This document shows, piece after piece, positions 37,323-50,130 of a stretch of DNA of 64,000 bases; position 1 is the stretch's first letter; each line of letters starts with the position of its first letter. The notes beneath the pieces are model-generated. The model was not told the DNA's origin. It ran no database searches and saw only the letters and a program-made list of their open reading frames with translations. Source of the DNA: Camelus ferus (taxonomy: Eukaryota); contig NC_045697.1 of the NCBI RefSeq assembly GCF_009834535.1, forward strand, positions 56,608,001-56,672,000. Reading direction: 5' to 3'. The position numbers were made by a program, and so were the translations under genes.

Positions 37323-37726
37323 TTTGAACTTATCTTTGCAGTTGAATTGGTATATCCTTTTTGTTCCTTTCTTCTTCCTTTTGTGGTTTGGTAATTTTCC
37401 TTTGTATTATCATGGATTTTATTTAATTTTTGTGACTCCCTTGTAAGTTTTTGGCTTGTGGTTACCCTTTTTTGTAAATCTATCAACCCATTACTATAAC
37501 TGTTTTTATTAAACTGATAGTAACATGATCTCAAACCCATCCTACTGTTAAAATAATTTAAAAAAGAAAGAAAAAAATATTCTATATTTCCCTGCCTCCC
37601 TCTCCCACTCTCAGTGATTTGTATGTCTTCTTTTATAATTTCATGTTTACTTTATTTGTAATTCATGAGTTATCACCTTTCCAGTTGTGTGTTTCTCATT
37701 TCTGTAGCATCCTGCTGCTTTTCTAT

Positions 37727-38629
37727 TTAGAATAGCCCTTTCAATATTTCTTTTAGCATGGGTTTAGTGTTGCTAAACTCCTGCAGCTTTTTTTTGTCTG
37801 TGAAACTCTTTATTTCTCCTTCTATCCTCAAGGATAGCCTTGCTGGATAAAGGATCCTAGGCTGCATCTTTTTTTCATTCAGGACTTTGAATATATCTTG
37901 CCACTCCCTTCTGGCCTGTAGTGTTTGTGTAGAGAAATCAGCTGAGAGCCTTATGGGGGTTCCCTTGTAACTTACTCTTTGCTTTTGTCTTGCTGCCTTT
38001 AGAATCATTTCTTTATCCTTGACTCTGGCCATCTTGATTATGATATGTCTTGGTGTGGGTCTATTTGGATTCTTCCTGTTTGGGACCCTCTGAGCTTCCT
38101 GTACTTGGATATCTGATTCCTTCTTTAAGTTTGGGAAGTTTTCAGTCATGATTTCTTCAAAAACCTTTTCAATCCCCTTTGATCTTTCTTCTCCTTCTGG
38201 GACCCCTATTATGCGAAGATTGGGATGCTTTATATTATCCCATAGGTCCCTTATGCTATTTTCATTATTTTTTATTTGCTTCTCTTGTAGTTCTTCTGAA
38301 TGGGTGCTTTCTATTGCCCTGTCTTCTAGATCACTGATTCGTTCCTCTGCATTATCTAGTTGGCTTTGCACAGCTATTAGATCATTCCTCATCTCTGTCA
38401 ATCAGTTTACCCATTCTACCTGGCTCTTCTTTATAGCTTCGATTTCATTTTTGATATATTTTATATCTCTAAACACTATCTCTTTTAATTCCTTCAGCAC
38501 TTTGATCGCTCCTTTTTTGAAATCTTGATCTAGTAGGCTATCGATGTCTATTTCGTTGATCTTTCTTTCAGGGGATTTCTCTTGTTCTTTTAATTGGGAA
38601 AGGTTTCTCTGCTTCTTCATCTTGCTCAT
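37727..38629 (-). pseudogene. L1 ORF1, copy B, with a single in-frame TGA (TCA in copy A) at 38402-38404
   Basis: ORFs 38402-38629 and 37727-38401 are contiguous in frame and near-identical to copy A ORF1p. Confidence 0.93.
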
Positions 38630-39039
38630 ACCTCTCCGGCACTGTGGTTTATGGAGTATCAGTTGTTTATTTTGGTCCTTAAGGATTTTATCTATCTGAT
38701 GCCTATTTAGGAATAGAACTTAGGAAAAAAAGAAAAAAAAAATAAGAGAGAGAGAGAAAGAATTTTAAAAGAAGGGAGAAAGAGGGTTTGAAAACAGTGT
38801 ATAATGAATAATAGAAGAGTGAGGTGAAGCAGAGTATTAATCGGGTTGAGACGTCCTTTTAAAACCTTTACAAAAAAAGTGGGGGGGAGATGAATAGATG
38901 TATTTGAAACCTGTGTCTAATCAATAGCAGGACATCAAAACCCAAGAGAAATAGAAATGAATTAAGAAGTAAAGATTAAGAGAGTAATAGAAAATAGAAC
39001 AGGTAAAAACAGTTTAAAAAAAAAGGGGGGGGGGTTTGT

Positions 39040-40300
39040 CGGCGTTCTCCTGGAGTCTGTGTGCTTTTAATGTGAAGTCTTTCTGTCTTCGTCCTGTTTT
39101 GGAAGCTCAGCTTGCTGTTTTCAGAGGCCCTCCGTTTGCGCCCTCTTCTGTGCTGCTCCCAGCACCTGTCGGCAAGCAGATCGCGCCTCCTCCTAACACT
39201 GGGTCAGGTGCAGCTCTCCTCTGCTGTGGGCGGGCGGGTCGCTGCCCCTCCGGATGCCGCAGTCAGATGTTGCAGACTGGCCAGGTAGGAGGGCCGGTCG
39301 TGCCCCCTCCCAGCACCTTGGTTAGGGGCTGTGTTCCTGCCCAAAAGGCGGGGGCCGCTCTCCCTCTACCTGCGCTGCTGGTAGCTCCGCTACTCTGTGC
39401 GGCTGCGCGCTCTGCCGTAGTCGGCGCTCCGCCGGTGGGCTCGAGGAAGACCGAGGGACAGCCCTGTCCCTGTTCCGAGCCAAAACCCAGCTCCTTGTTT
39501 GTCTTTGTGGAGCAAGTTCTCTGAGGGACCAGGATGGAAGGATCCTATCTGCCCCGGGCTGCAGGCCAGTCTCAGTCTGGCCTTTGAGGCTGCTAAGCCC
39601 TTCAGTGCGGATGCAGGTTTCGCCCCCGCCCCCGCCTGAGTGCTCTGTGTGGAGGATATGGCGGCTGTGCCTGAGCCCCGCATCTCTTCCCCCAAAAATT
39701 TTCCGCAGGTTTTCAGAGATGGGGGTGTGCACCCTTCCCCCGAGAGCACATCAACCTTGCTGTTTTATGGAGGGCCCAGGTTGTTCTGCCCTGTGCACCC
39801 ACAGCCACGGCGCGCAGCCCCTTGCGTTCCCCCGGGGCTGCCTCCGTGCAGCCACTTCCGTCCTCCGCCTGGCTTGTGCAGCCTGGCCCTGCCTGCGGCT
39901 GCCAGCCCGCGTTTCAGGCTGGGTGTCGGGGGGGGGACGCTCTGTGCCCGTTTAACTTAGTTCTGTTAGTCAAGGGCTGCTCTGTACAGATCCGAGCCTC
40001 GGAGGCTCCCCCTCCGTCCCGCTGGCCTCTCAGTTGGAGAGGGGAGACCCAGCGAGTGAGCGCCAGTCCTCCTTTGCCGCTCCCTCCCCACGGGACCCGC
40101 CCCGCGCTGCTTTGCCTTTTGTTCTTTCTTTTTTCCTTTTCTCCTACCAGATTTTTGGCGTCTTTATCTTTTGAAGAGGGTGATGTTTTGTCGGAGTTCC
40201 ACAGGTGCTCTGGTTGGCTGAGTGGGTCTGTAGATGTGGGTCTTGGTGTATTTGTGGGAGAGGGTGACCTGCGAGCGTCCTTCTACTCCGCCATCTTCTC
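39040..40300 (-). promoter_or_regulatory. L1 copy B 5' UTR internal promoter (CpG-rich) with YY1-type motif (GCCATCTT, 40290-40297)
   Basis: GC/CpG-rich block homologous to the copy A 5' UTR. Confidence 0.75.
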
Positions 40301-43300
40301 CCGGATCTGTAATTTATCTTATCTGCTTAGTAAACTTATCAGTGTACTCATGAGTTCTATCCTGGTAGTAAGCCGCTATTTCTACCTGACAGACAGCTTT
40401 GTTTCTAAAACAGCCTTTTCCTTAGTATTTCTAAACTTTCATTGATCTAGACACCCAAGGACATTCCTCAATAAAAGAAGACATCTGTTAATTCAAGCAT
40501 ACTTTACAAATCTTGAATTGTTATAAGTTCCTTTATAATCCAGGAAGGCAACTGTGATGTAATAGGGAATAAACCACACAGAATTATTTTTTTCCAAGGA
40601 AAGCACATAAAGTAGGAGGATAAATAAACTGGCAATGTGTTTTCATTTACTCAGTTGATAACCTTGAAATAAACTAAAAATGTACCTTGCCAAATTGATC
40701 TAAACTCAGGAAATGTCATTGTATCACTGTGGTTATGAATCCCTTTCTCATGACATGATATGACAACGATTGTATGTCCCTGAAAATCTGCTTAATACAA
40801 TGAGAAGGGAGATTACACTCCTCTATCTATTTAAAGGCTATTTCCTCAACATTCTATTTATTGGGAATTTTTTCATTTCTAAAATGCATTTATAAATTCA
40901 GTAAGAAGAAGCCATTCAGAACTCTTATTACAATGGGGAATTTTAACTCAATTTTATGCTATTTTATGAGGCTAAAAATTAACTTTATATATCTTTCAAC
41001 TAGCCATTTTAAATCTGAAAATATAGTTCAGAAATATACACAATATGTCTTAAGCCTGTATAATAGTCTGCTATGCCTAGAAGTTATATAATAAAGTTCC
41101 TTGATAAGAAATTGTATCATAATTAATGGTACCACAGTACTCTCAAGAAAATAAAACTAGATTTTACCAGTTTGATTTCTCTTTGTTAACAAATTGATAA
41201 ATTTTATATTATTCTTTTTAGATAAATACGTGGCTATTTTCTTTTTAATATATGTTTTTAAAATGCCACATTGGGAACAATGTGTATCTTATTACTTTAA
41301 AACGTATAATGACTTCTACTTCTGGCTATATAAGGGCATAATTCCAATTTGTTTATACTGTATTTTACAAAATTAAAATTGGTCCTTCATTACAGATCAT
41401 TTGAGAAGCACATCTCTCTTACCAAGTCCAGATCAGAAGCAAGTTCAAATGGATTCTGCCCTGTTCCCTTCTTCTGGGACTAAGCTTCTGCTTTGTGTAC
41501 TATTATACAAAAGGATGTCCAAGTCCTCTCGACCTCTATTCTCTTGGTTTTGAGGATTCATTAAATTATTAATGCACTAAAACAAAATTTTCAGACACAA
41601 CAAGGCATTCATTACTCTAAGCTGAACAATCAGTGGGCAGTTGGCTGGGTGCTGGTCAGAGGACAGTAAAAAATGTGCATATTGGCCCTGAGTTTGTTTC
41701 CATACAAATTCATGGTATTTTGACCTGTCCAGCCACACCTGGTCTCCCACCTATCTTGGTTCCCAAAGTTAAAGGGCTCAGTTTTCTATCTCCAGTTCCA
41801 CAGAACTTGAATTTCCAAGGCTCTGGTGTCATTTCTCCTTCTTTTCTGTTATTTCCTCAAACATTTATCTAATTTCTGCTTCTCGAAAAGTCTTCTTAAA
41901 AAATATGCCTTTTGACTCTTTCACAAGTACAGTATGCACAGCTGTAAGTATGTCTGCCTTTGTCATAGATAACTCATATCTTACAAAGCAGGGTGAAAAA
42001 AAGAGGTACATGAAGTACAATTACAAAAAAGAAAGTGAGACCATGGAGAAGAGAAAAGTACACAGATTGATATTCTGGATATTATCCCAACCAAGGTTTT
42101 AATACTTTTAAATTTATTTTTACAAAAACTATCTATTCTTATTTTATGTATTTGAACTGTAGTGAAGAAGGAAGCCAAGGGCAGAACACAGACAATAAGT
42201 GTAGAGCCACTAACTAAACTCAGTTCTGTCTAATTTTACACTTCCTTTACACTGGACTCAATGTTTTTTGATCAATCCAACTCATTTCATTTACACCACA
42301 ATAATAGAATATGTGAGTAATTAATATTTTCATAGTTTTATTTATTTTTTCTGTTTGGCAGCTAACTGGGATGACTGAAAGTTGTAGATGATATGTTCAG
42401 AATAATTCTACTCCACAGAAAGCAATCTGTGTTAGTTACCAGATTAAGACTAGATTTGAAAAAACACCCTAAATAAATAAAATATACAGATAAATAAAAC
42501 TACTATATGGACTACTCGGACAAAAAGCTTATAGGGCTTCAAGTTTAAAAATAAAATTAGTCTGCAAATGATATTCACATAAACAGAGAAGAAATTTGCA
42601 AAGTAAGATAAATGGAGTAAGAATTTGCAAAGGGGTTAGGATGTGAGACAACATTACAAACATTTGTTTTCCTATTTTATTAGAATAAAATGAATATTAA
42701 AACTATAAATCAGATTAACATCTTAAGATGTCTATTTTTCTCTATTTTCCACATTTTACTGTGTTTTTTTTTCTTTGCAGTAAGAACTATATTGGATGGA
42801 AAGAATAAAATTTCATTCCACGTACTTTACCTTGGCCAAGTGCAAATGACTTAGAACAGTGTTTATCTTATTAATCTAAATAGCATTAGGGAGGAGAGAG
42901 AAATGAACAGAAGAGAAGTGTCTTTCTGATATCTGAGTCTGCAAATGGAAATACTTATCAAAGAATAGAGTCTAACTGTGTGATCCTCTGAATAGAAATA
43001 AGAGAACATGATTTGTTAACTAGGTTTATCCTATGAAATGTAATAATGTAATTGTCTGCTACATCAAATAGAAGTATGCTGATTTATTCACTTACTTAGT
43101 AACATCTATGAAATATCCCAATTCTCTTTTATTTGTTTTTTATATTTTATTTTATTTTGATGGCATCAGTTCATATCCCAAAGGAAGAAAAAGGAAAAAG
43201 GAACATAAGAGATTTCTACAAATGATTTTAAAATTTTATTTTGGGCTTAAAAAATTTATTTATAAGAAAGCTAATTCCAATAAGGAACTGTTATAGTGTT

Positions 43301-44353
43301 TCTAAGTGTATGTTCATTCTCAACCACAGGACAAATAAACATTTTTTAATGCAACATGATATTTTAGAGCTGGGCATCCATAAAAGTTAAGCAATGTGAT
43401 TTACATTGGGTTATGTTTCCAAATTGCTATCTGTCTGAGACAACACGTAAGGAGCCCTCAGCAGTTCTTGACTACAGTAAGCTCTGTGCAGGCAGCAAGC
43501 ATATTTATATAGTTCACTGATGTATCACAGAAATAGATTCATCATTGCATTTACATGTCCGTGTATAAAGAAATTAATCTACTAGTTAAATTAATGATTC
43601 TAAAATACAACAAACAAAATGCCAACCTGCATAAATAATACCAGCTCCAAGCTAAAATCAGGAAACTTTATCTCTTGTTTTGCAAGTTTTTTTATCTAAA
43701 TATTTGCTTGGATAGGCTTTTTAAATTTTTGTTTCTTTTTCAATTACTAAGCAAGAATCTTTTTTACAAGTCTTCATCCACTGGTCATCACTTTGCTAAA
43801 CTACTTTACATATTGACTTATTTAAGAGTGAATTGGTTTGTAAACTCTGTTTTAGTTCTTTGATCTTTTGCTTACTGCTCTCTTCTGTCTTCACTGTCAA
43901 ACAGAGATCAACCTTAACTTTTCCTAGGTTGTAATTCAAAGCCATCTTCTTGTATTTCAAGCCAACCACATATTAGACCTCAAAATTAGTATTGTACACT
44001 CTGTCATCTGATTTTATGTATCCCTCTTCTGTCTGATATGTGTTCCATATCTCCATTTATTTCATGACAATTTATTTCTTAAAAAATGCCAAACAGTATT
44101 TTACTCTGAATGAATTAAATTCATTTATTTTAAAATGGCAATTGTATACAAAGCAGGTACTCAAATAATCCTAAAGGAGTTTCTTTAGAGGACTATTTTA
44201 TGTAGAAGATTCACAGAAATGAACGGGGAGAAACATAGGGGCATGAGAGTAGGGGCAATGAAATTTTGACAAGGGAAGCAGATTTGAATCAATCTGACAA
44301 ACTTCAGTTACTTCACAGATGGTCTATGACTGGCTCTGGATATGAAGTTATGG

Positions 44354-44373
44354 GTGTGTGTGTGTGTGTGTGT
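44354..44373. repeat. (GT)n microsatellite
   Basis: Directly visible. Confidence 0.9.
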
Positions 44374-44619
44374 ATTTAGGGGGCAATGAATGCATAAATC
44401 CATCTTTCTTGTCACCTATCAGAAAAAAACTTAACAATTAACAAAAAAAGAAGAAAACAATAGGTATATTGCATTTTATTCTTATGTCTGTCATAATTAA
44501 AAATGACAAACAATATGTATACCTTCTCTTACCTGTGGGTTAAGGTTTAATTTTCTGAGGCCAGTAATTTTTGTGTAATATTTATGTAAAGTTTATAAGA
44601 CCTTTATTTGAAGGATAAA

Positions 44620-45340
44620 AATATAAACACTATTTAAGAGAGAAACTCTATAGAAAAATCTCATGTATAAGAATTCCAAATAATTTATGTAGATAGCTCT
44701 CTCTGAAGGAAGTAGAGCTTATCTTCCCACTCCAAAAGTATGGATTATGCATTGTGATTTCCTTCCAAAGACTACAGTATGGAAAGTGGTGGGAGAATTA
44801 ACATTTCGATAGAAAAATCTGACACACTATCTCAGCCAGGCAATCAAGGTCAGCTTCAACACTGATAAGTCATGTTGATAGTGTATATTCTTAACATGCT
44901 GTAATAAGAATGACACTTTTCCTATTGGTCTTCCTCAACAAAATCCATAACCAGTTTAATTGTGAGAAAATCATCAGACAAGTCCCAATAAAGGGATATT
45001 CTGCAAAACACTTAACCAGTATTCCTCAAACCTATTAAAGTCATCAAAAATAAGAAATGTTTGTGAAACTGTCATAGTCCAGTAAGTCTTAGCTTTGAGA
45101 CAGAAGGACGAAATGCAGTGTGATAATCCTGGATGGGATCTTGCTACAGAAAATGATACTAGGTAAAGCTAAGAAAATCTGAATAAATCATGGACATTAG
45201 TTAATAACAATTTATCAGTATTGGTCCTTTAATTATAACAAGTGTTCTATACTACCATAAGATGTTAATAATAGAGAAAATGGATGTGGCTAATTGTATA
45301 AATTTAAAGCTATTCTAAATTAAATAGCTTATTTAAGAAA
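44620..45340 (+). mobile_element. L1MC/MD-type 3' UTR fragment
   Basis: tctgacacactatctcagccaggcaatcaaggtc...tcctggatgggatcttg...aaatctgaataaa; homologous to 26066-27110. Confidence 0.7.
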
Positions 45341-45574
45341 AAAGCAACATCATTGTCAAAATGATAAATTACATATACATATTTATTAACTTCATTCATT
45401 AAAACGAGTAAATAGATATCGCTCTGAATTACATTCATGAAAGTAGTTTTCAGTGATTTATCCTTATTGAGATCATTCAAATATTTATCAAATTAGAAAT
45501 CTCTCTATATATATTTATATCACATTTTCTTAAATATTCCACCGTAAGTTAGATGTCAATGTATACAAACCAGT

Positions 45575-46115
45575 ATTACTAAGTAGAAGAAGCCAATCTA
45601 AAAAGAATATACTGTATGATTCCGATTAGATGACCTTCTGGAAAAGGCAAAACTATGGAGACAGTAAAATGATTAATGCCCCAGGATGTTGGGGGCTGGG
45701 AGGCAGAGAGGAATAAATAGACAGCACAGAGGACTTTTAGAGCAGTGAAAGTACTCTGTGTGATACTGTAGTGGTGGATCCATGTCATCCTACGTTTGTC
45801 CAAACCCATAGAAAACACAATCCCAAGAGTGGACTGTAATGTAAACTGGACTGTGGGTGATAATGAAGTGTCAGTGTAGATTCATTGATTGTAACAAATA
45901 TACCACTGTGATGGGGAATGTCAGTAGTGAAGGAAACTGTTGCTGTGTGGGGATAGGCAGTATACAGGAAAGGAAGTCTGTTAAAACAAAACAAACAAGT
46001 GATCAGCACCAAGCCTGACCCCCAGGTATGTATCTCCAGGGATATATAGGGAATGTCTATACCTTCCTCTCAATTTTTCTGTGAACGTAAAACTGCTCTA
46101 AAAATAAAGTCTTAA
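45575..46115 (+). mobile_element. L1MC1-like 3' end
   Basis: ttctggaaaaggcaaaactatggagacagtaaaa...tttgtccaaacccatagaa...ctgtgaacgtaaaactgctctaaaaataaagtct. Confidence 0.75.
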
Positions 46116-46129
46116 AATGAGTAAATTTA

Positions 46130-47110
46130 GCTTTATTGGCAAGAGTAGAGTTAGAGGATAGAAAGACTGGAGGGAGTATGGATAAAGAACAATTAAAGGA
46201 TTAATTCAATTAATGACTGGATTAATCATGGCCTGAACTGAAGGAACAGCTAGCCATGAGTTGAAGTAAGAGGAAAACAGAGTCAAGAGATCTGAAGACA
46301 CTTGCATAGATTTAGTAAGTCACTGGCTCTCTCAATGTTTTATCCTCACACTGAGAATAAAAGCCACAGTCTTGACATAATTTACGTAATCTTTAGTTCA
46401 CCTTGTCCTTGCTAATATATCAGGTTCATCTAGTATGTTCTCTAGCACTCTGGTGATCCATCAACACTAATTTCCTCTCTGTTTTCTGAATGTGCCCAAA
46501 GATGTGGGTATGTGCATTGGTTCTTTCTTCTTCCTGGACTAGACTCTCTTCCTTTATCTTTGCATAGCTGACTTCACCTGACAACAGTCATTTCATCTTC
46601 GATATCATCTCCTCAGACCTTTCTTCAGTGATTCCTTACCCACCCTCCATTTACACTATCACAGCACTCTTATTTTCTTGTTTGGAATTATCACAGTCTG
46701 AAATTATTTTGCTTACTGATTGATTTACATGTTTATGAGTTCTTTACTTCACTAAAATGTAAGTCTGATAAGGACAGAAATATTTTATGTATCATAGGGT
46801 CTAGGAGGTACTCAGAAAGTATTTGTTGATGGATGTATGGATCAGTGTAGAAGATTTAACCAGAAAAAGAAGAGTCCAGAATGACTCTTAGACATTTGGC
46901 TTTAGCAACTGTTTGAATAGTTAAGCAATTCAGTTAAGTGATAAAGGAAGCTGAGTAGGTTTGTGGGAGAGAAAGATGAATTCAGTTTGAGATGTTTTCA
47001 GCTTGAGGTATTTATAAGACAACAGAGAAGTGATGTGCATTTGACACTGTAGATTTGCCTGGTTCACAACAAAAGATTTAGGCTAGGGATACATTTGAAT
47101 AAGAACAGAA
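46130..47110. mobile_element. L2 fragments (a plus-strand 3' end ~46330-46840 nested in a minus-strand L2)
   Basis: cactaaaatgtaagtctgataaggacagaaat...aggtactcagaaagtatttgttgatggatg (L2 tail); flanks gagtccagaatgactcttag...gatgaattcagtttgagatg (antisense L2). Confidence 0.55.
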
Positions 47111-47694
47111 AATCATAATTTTCCATCAAAATTCAAGTTTGATTGCATTAATCAGGGAAGTATAGTATCACCATATTAAATAAATTTCCTGTCTGTTAAG
47201 AATGGGATTTGAATTTGCATCCTAGAAACTAATAGTCAACAGGAAAAACATTAGTGTGCTAGGGCCTCATTAAATTTTTATTTGATATTCTCAGAACGAG
47301 TTATTTTGTGTTTTTTTTAATTTTCATTGAACTGTAATTCATTTATTTTCCCTCTTTTATTGTCATAAAAACTGAGTGAATTAAACTAAACAGACAAATA
47401 TTCTTCCTCTCATGGTTCTTATATGTTAATGATGAGCAAGCCATTAAGAATAATTAATACATAAATTAGGTAGATTATTATAAGGTGGTGATTGCTATAA
47501 AGGAAGAGGTTTAGGTAAGGGGAGTATGGATGCTAGGATAGAGGTAGGAGTCATAATTTTAAATAAAAACATCAGGATAGACATCACTGAGAAAGTGACA
47601 TTTAAGCAACAACTTAATGGGAATGAACGAATAGCAATGAAGCTATCTGGGAGAAAAGTGTTCCTGGACAAAAGAATACTAAGTGCATATGCCC

Positions 47695-48085
47695 TGTATA
47701 AATCAAAATCCTAACAGAGAATACATGGTTCACTCAAAATGGGTAACTGGAGAAGAGTTTAATAAAGGGACTGTTTACAAGTGTGTGGACAGGGTGTAAG
47801 GAAGCCACAAGGACAAGAAGAGCATCCCAGGGCTAGTGACAGAATGAGGGGATGAGAGAGCAGTTAAGTGAGACAAAGAAAGCAATGAAGAAAGATCATG
47901 GCCTCACAGGAGTTCCAGGAGCCTTTGTTTGAGGAACTCAGCCCACTTCCATTGATCCCACAGGGAAGAAGGCCAGGGTAAAATCATGTGGACCTCTACC
48001 TTCTTTCTTTCTGATCCTCTCTTGGTGATCCCCGTTGGCTGAACAGACAAAAGTGGAGAAATGTGAAGAGAGGCTCTAGATAGGC
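47695..48085 (-). mobile_element. LTR33-like ERVL LTR
   Basis: cactcaaaatgggtaactggagaagagtttaataaagggactgtttacaagtgtgtggacagggtgtaagg resembles antisense LTR33 as recalled. Confidence 0.55.
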
Positions 48086-48557
48086 AAACCAAGTTCTCTA
48101 GCCCAGATCTTAAGGTTAAAAAATATGCCTTGTCTTTTCCGGCAACCATAAGCAGATTGAGCACATGGAGTGAGAGGGAGGGAGAGTGGTAGGAAAAGAA
48201 TGTGATGGATGCAATAGATGGGAGGCAGGACATATCAAGGAAAGAGGCAGTTTTATTTTCAACTGAAATTTCAGTTTGAAATTACGTGTGTACATGTAGC
48301 CCTTAGTTTACTTTCTGAAATTTCCAAACATCCTTACTAATATTATACTTCACATTAAAAAGTTTATTTCCTCATTTGGAAGAATTTCCAGAACTTAGTA
48401 GCTCTTTGAATAGAGAGCCAGAAATTTTCTAAAAAGGAAGATACCTAATTTAATATTAAAAATCGACATTGCACTGTGTTTAAGACTCTGGGTCTCTAGC
48501 ACAAGCTGACTTATATTGCAATCTGTAGTTTTTACTTTCATATTGTGTGATTTACAG

Positions 48558-48894
48558 TGTTGACTTAAAACAGACTGCCAGTTTTTTCTCCAGTAAAAAA
48601 AAATAGGTTTATTTAGGATCAGCAGATAATTGCAATTTGGGGTATGCAACCATGGTGAGCTACATGCAAGTCCCCAGCAAAAATGGTGAGAAAACTCTTA
48701 TATAGGGGAAAAGGAAGTTGGGAGGGCTTTAGAAAACAGAGTCCATGGCTTCCTATTGGCTGAGTCTTTGCCAGCAAAGAAGAGGAGACTTTCTTCTTCC
48801 TGTTGGGCTCTTGTGGAGTCACAGGGCATGAGAGATCCCCCTTCTGGTCTCCTGACTCTATTTAATTGAAATTCATGTTTGTTAACTTTTTACA
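48558..48894 (-). mobile_element. Solo LTR (ERV1-like, 337 bp) inserted in a MIR
   Basis: TG...CA termini (tgttgac...tttttaca); antisense AATAAA (tttatt ~48609), TATA-like (cttatatag ~48700) and CCAAT (attgg ~48755); MIR-like sequence on both sides; no clean TSD. Confidence 0.65.
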
Positions 48895-50100
48895 TTATAT
48901 AATGTAACCTTTCTAAGCAGCAATTTTATTATCTAAAAATTAACAATAATAATAGAAAATTCTTTACAATGCTGCTGTGAAGATTGCATGGGTTAGCATA
49001 AATATAAAACAGTTATTGTAATTCCTAGCACATTCCTAGAAGTCTAAAGACATTAGTTTGTAGACTGAAATATGTTGCTTAATCTTCCTCCAGAGTTCCA
49101 CCTAGTACCTGTCAGAAATCTAAGAATAACTCAAGGAAGACAGAGCTTCACCCATGCTGTACCTAGTAGTGCATGTTGAGATTCAAAGTAACTAGAGAGC
49201 CACTTATCTTCCAGACATTTTTCTAAATATTTTACAACATGGTTGAAGTGCAAGAACAGCTAGAATGAAAGAAAAGAGATGGTGAGTAAACTATAGTTTC
49301 ATCCAAGCTACGTGGTAATTAAAACAATTCAAATGTAACCAAGTTCTCATTAGCATGTGCCCTTAAGAACTATTGAGTTTTGTCCCAAATCCTGGTCTAT
49401 ATAATTTGGGATTTCCTCTATTCAAGGATAAAGTTATAAAGTGTGTAAAATGAAGTGCTTGGAAACTCCATATACATGGGGCTATTCATTTAACTGGGGA
49501 TTGTCTCTCTCTGTTTTATTGTTTTGTCAATTAAGAACCTAAGAGCCTTTGAAGTATTCCATTCTGACAACTAGTTTTGACATAGAGCTGCCAGGCATCA
49601 TCCATCCCAATAAGAAGTGACAGTCCTAAGATTAAACTATCATTTCCTTATGAAGATTGTGAAGGTGCATTTACTTACAATTAGTATGCATTGCTTTGAC
49701 GGACCAGACATTTGCAGCACTCTTTCAAATAAAAAGACTAATTAGCTACAAATTAATATTTATAAGGCAATCTAGTGCCTGAATTTGACTATACATATAG
49801 AAAGATGATTCCAAAAAGAAAACAATAAACTAGGGTTATCTGTCTTTCTGGGGTTAAAAAAAAAAAGTTTAAAGTAAGATCTGATCTGTTATCTCTTTCC
49901 TGGTTTGAAATATTTTATTTTAAGCTTTTAAATCTTTATTTAGGGAATGTTCTTTTGACCAATACAGATTTTTCTATGTAGACAGATGGTTGCATTGGCT
50001 GACTATGTATGTCTTAATTAAAAAGCATTGCCCTGAGTGAAGTGCTGAATATATTCCATTTGGAAAGGGAAGCTATATTTGAATTTTATCCAGCCCTAAA

Positions 50101-50130
50101 GTAGATAGGTAGGTAGGTAGATAGATAGAT
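50101..50130. repeat. (TAGG/TAGA)n simple repeat
   Basis: gtagataggtaggtaggtagatagatagat. Confidence 0.85.

Larger units (their letters stand above)
33218..40304 (-). mobile_element. Full-length LINE-1, copy B (~7.1 kb; ORF1 with one stop, ORF2 disrupted)
   Basis: Reverse complement is colinear with copy A from gagaagatggc (~40300) to aataaaaaatgt (33218); A tail and 3' TSD fall in the N gap. Confidence 0.98.

Noticed and set aside
9233..40304. Segmental duplication as the origin of the A/B pair
   Set aside because: Homology stops at the L1 5' boundary with unrelated flanks, and A has its own TSD inside an LTR16-like fragment. Gene conversion is not excluded and is kept as an alternative in the top finding.
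49215..49281. Exon-like segment (cttccAG ... ATG|GTGAGT)
   Set aside because: Stops in all three frames and no supporting context; at most a non-coding exon.
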